Assembly: GCA_002269645.1 (NCBI GenBank)
Contig: NIVC01001122.1
Span: forward strand, 186,001-250,000
Source of the DNA: Macrostomum lignano
Taxonomy: Eukaryota
DNA: 64,000 nucleotides
Direction: 5' to 3'
The notes beneath the pieces were generated by a model. The model was not told the DNA's origin. It did no database searches and saw nothing but the letters and a program-made list of their open reading frames with translations. Shown in pieces: positions 62,606 through 64,000 of this stretch (the first letter of the stretch is position 1; every line of letters starts with the position of its first letter). A program made the position numbers and the translations under genes.

Positions 62606-64000
62606 TATGACGATATAATTTTGGTTGCCATAGCAACCAAACTTTAGATTTTTTCGATTTTTTCGCGCCGTCAGGTGACTTACGCGCACATCAAAGCTCC
62701 ACGGTAAAATGGTTTACTGCAGGTCCAACTCTATGGGTTCTCAAGGCCTTTTGAACCTGACTTGATCACCTATAGGAGTTACGGCCGAGTCTCTGCTTAT
62801 AAATGTATATGTACATCTTACCATGCAGCAATTACTTATACGATTCCAACTCTCAGCTCTTAAAATATTTAAGCACATTAATAGAGCTTAACCGAGGTTA
62901 ACCGAGCTTACCGAGAGCAAAGGAATGTTGCTCGGAATTTTAGTTGAAGTTTATTCATAAAGAAGCGGTGTTTTTCTTCTCTCCCCTGCCACTGTTGAGT
63001 TGTTTGTTAGCGCAGTTAGCAACGGCAAGGGTTTTAAGCAACCATGGTCTGCAGTGTATGGTACAGGTGGGCTTACCCTCAACCCCTGAGAGCTCGCCAG
63101 TTTCTGGCGCGTACGCCGTGCTTGTCAAACCTGTTGAGTCGGTTTACGTCGCCTGTCAGCCGCACCGGCTTGCTTGGCTGCTATACTATAATCATTTGTT
63201 ACCTCGCACCAAATTTTCTCGAACCGTTTCGTTTGATTGTCTTCTGCAGTAACTTGAATAATAGAGAGGCCAGTAGGGCTCTTTAACCCTCAAATATAAT
63301 TTCAGTTTATTATCTCTGACCCCAGATGAGCTGCTTTCTGCTGATTTTCTATTTCTGTGAGGGCTTACCGCTCTTACTTTGTTTCTTTTTGGCCGGTTGC
63401 CATTATTAACTGTGCGTCCTCTCAGAGAGGTTTTATGTGCTGACCTGGCTAGGTGCTCTTTGAATTAATCTTTCACTGGTAAGATTGATCAACTCGTATA
63501 TTAGAGGAACTTCAATAAAAATGTATCACAAATGTAGTTACGGTAACTAATTTACAGGTAGATGTACATCGATCTACGTACCATGCATGTACTTTACTTT
63601 AATTTGAAGGCATCGATTGGGGTTAAGAGACGAAGAAAGCGAAAAACAACATTTTTATGAAAAAAATAATAGAAAATATCATTGTGTTGAGGATGGATTT
63701 TCCTGTACCCCTTACTTGATAGGACTTATGCAAACTCCACTAATCTTGCAGTAAGAGTGCCTAAACAATGATACGAGCAGACACGCAAAGTTTTAAATAT
63801 TAGAGATAAAAGTTACTGCGCGAGGTAATGCAAACAAATTATTTGTATATAAGATATTTAGGTCCTATAAGTAGCAACTTCTAAATTATTATGTTTGCTT
63901 TAATAGAAGACTGCTTTTGATTTGTTAAACCGGAGTCTAATAATTTTAGGCGCGATTTTACATTCTAGCTAAAAATATTTTTTATCGATATAATTATAAT

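Overview
Eukaryotic (animal) genomic DNA, gene-poor and dominated by intronic and intergenic minisatellites. No prokaryotic features, CRISPR arrays, rRNA or tRNA were recognised. By splicing exons by hand (splice sites plus phase consistency) I reconstruct six protein-coding genes. (1) The 3' part of a BLTP2/KIAA0100/hobbit lipid-transfer gene (+, 966-13426; 5' end outside the window). (2) A doublecortin-like kinase of DCLK3 type (+, 16646-26241). (3, 4) Two Distal-less/Dlx homeobox paralogs arranged tail-to-tail (+ 29223-35142; - 42928-38823). (5) Rad6/UBE2A-B (-, 53201-51730). (6) An EF-hand + dynein-light-chain TAL (tegumental allergen-like) gene (-, 59999-59236). The TAL domain combination points to Platyhelminthes. 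The GC-rich exons and satellite-filled introns suggest a free-living macrostomid such as Macrostomum; this is inference and unverified. Mobile DNA: a hAT-type MITE with an 8-bp TSD, a foldback element, and a decayed non-LTR RT fragment enclosed by 22-bp inverted repeats. The most notable result is a vertebrate-like convergent Dlx bigene pair in an apparent flatworm. The two copies are a mosaic of near-identical tracts (about 1-2% divergence) and strongly diverged tracts, consistent with gene conversion between old inverted paralogs. Most long ORFs in the supplied track are artefacts of tandem repeats.
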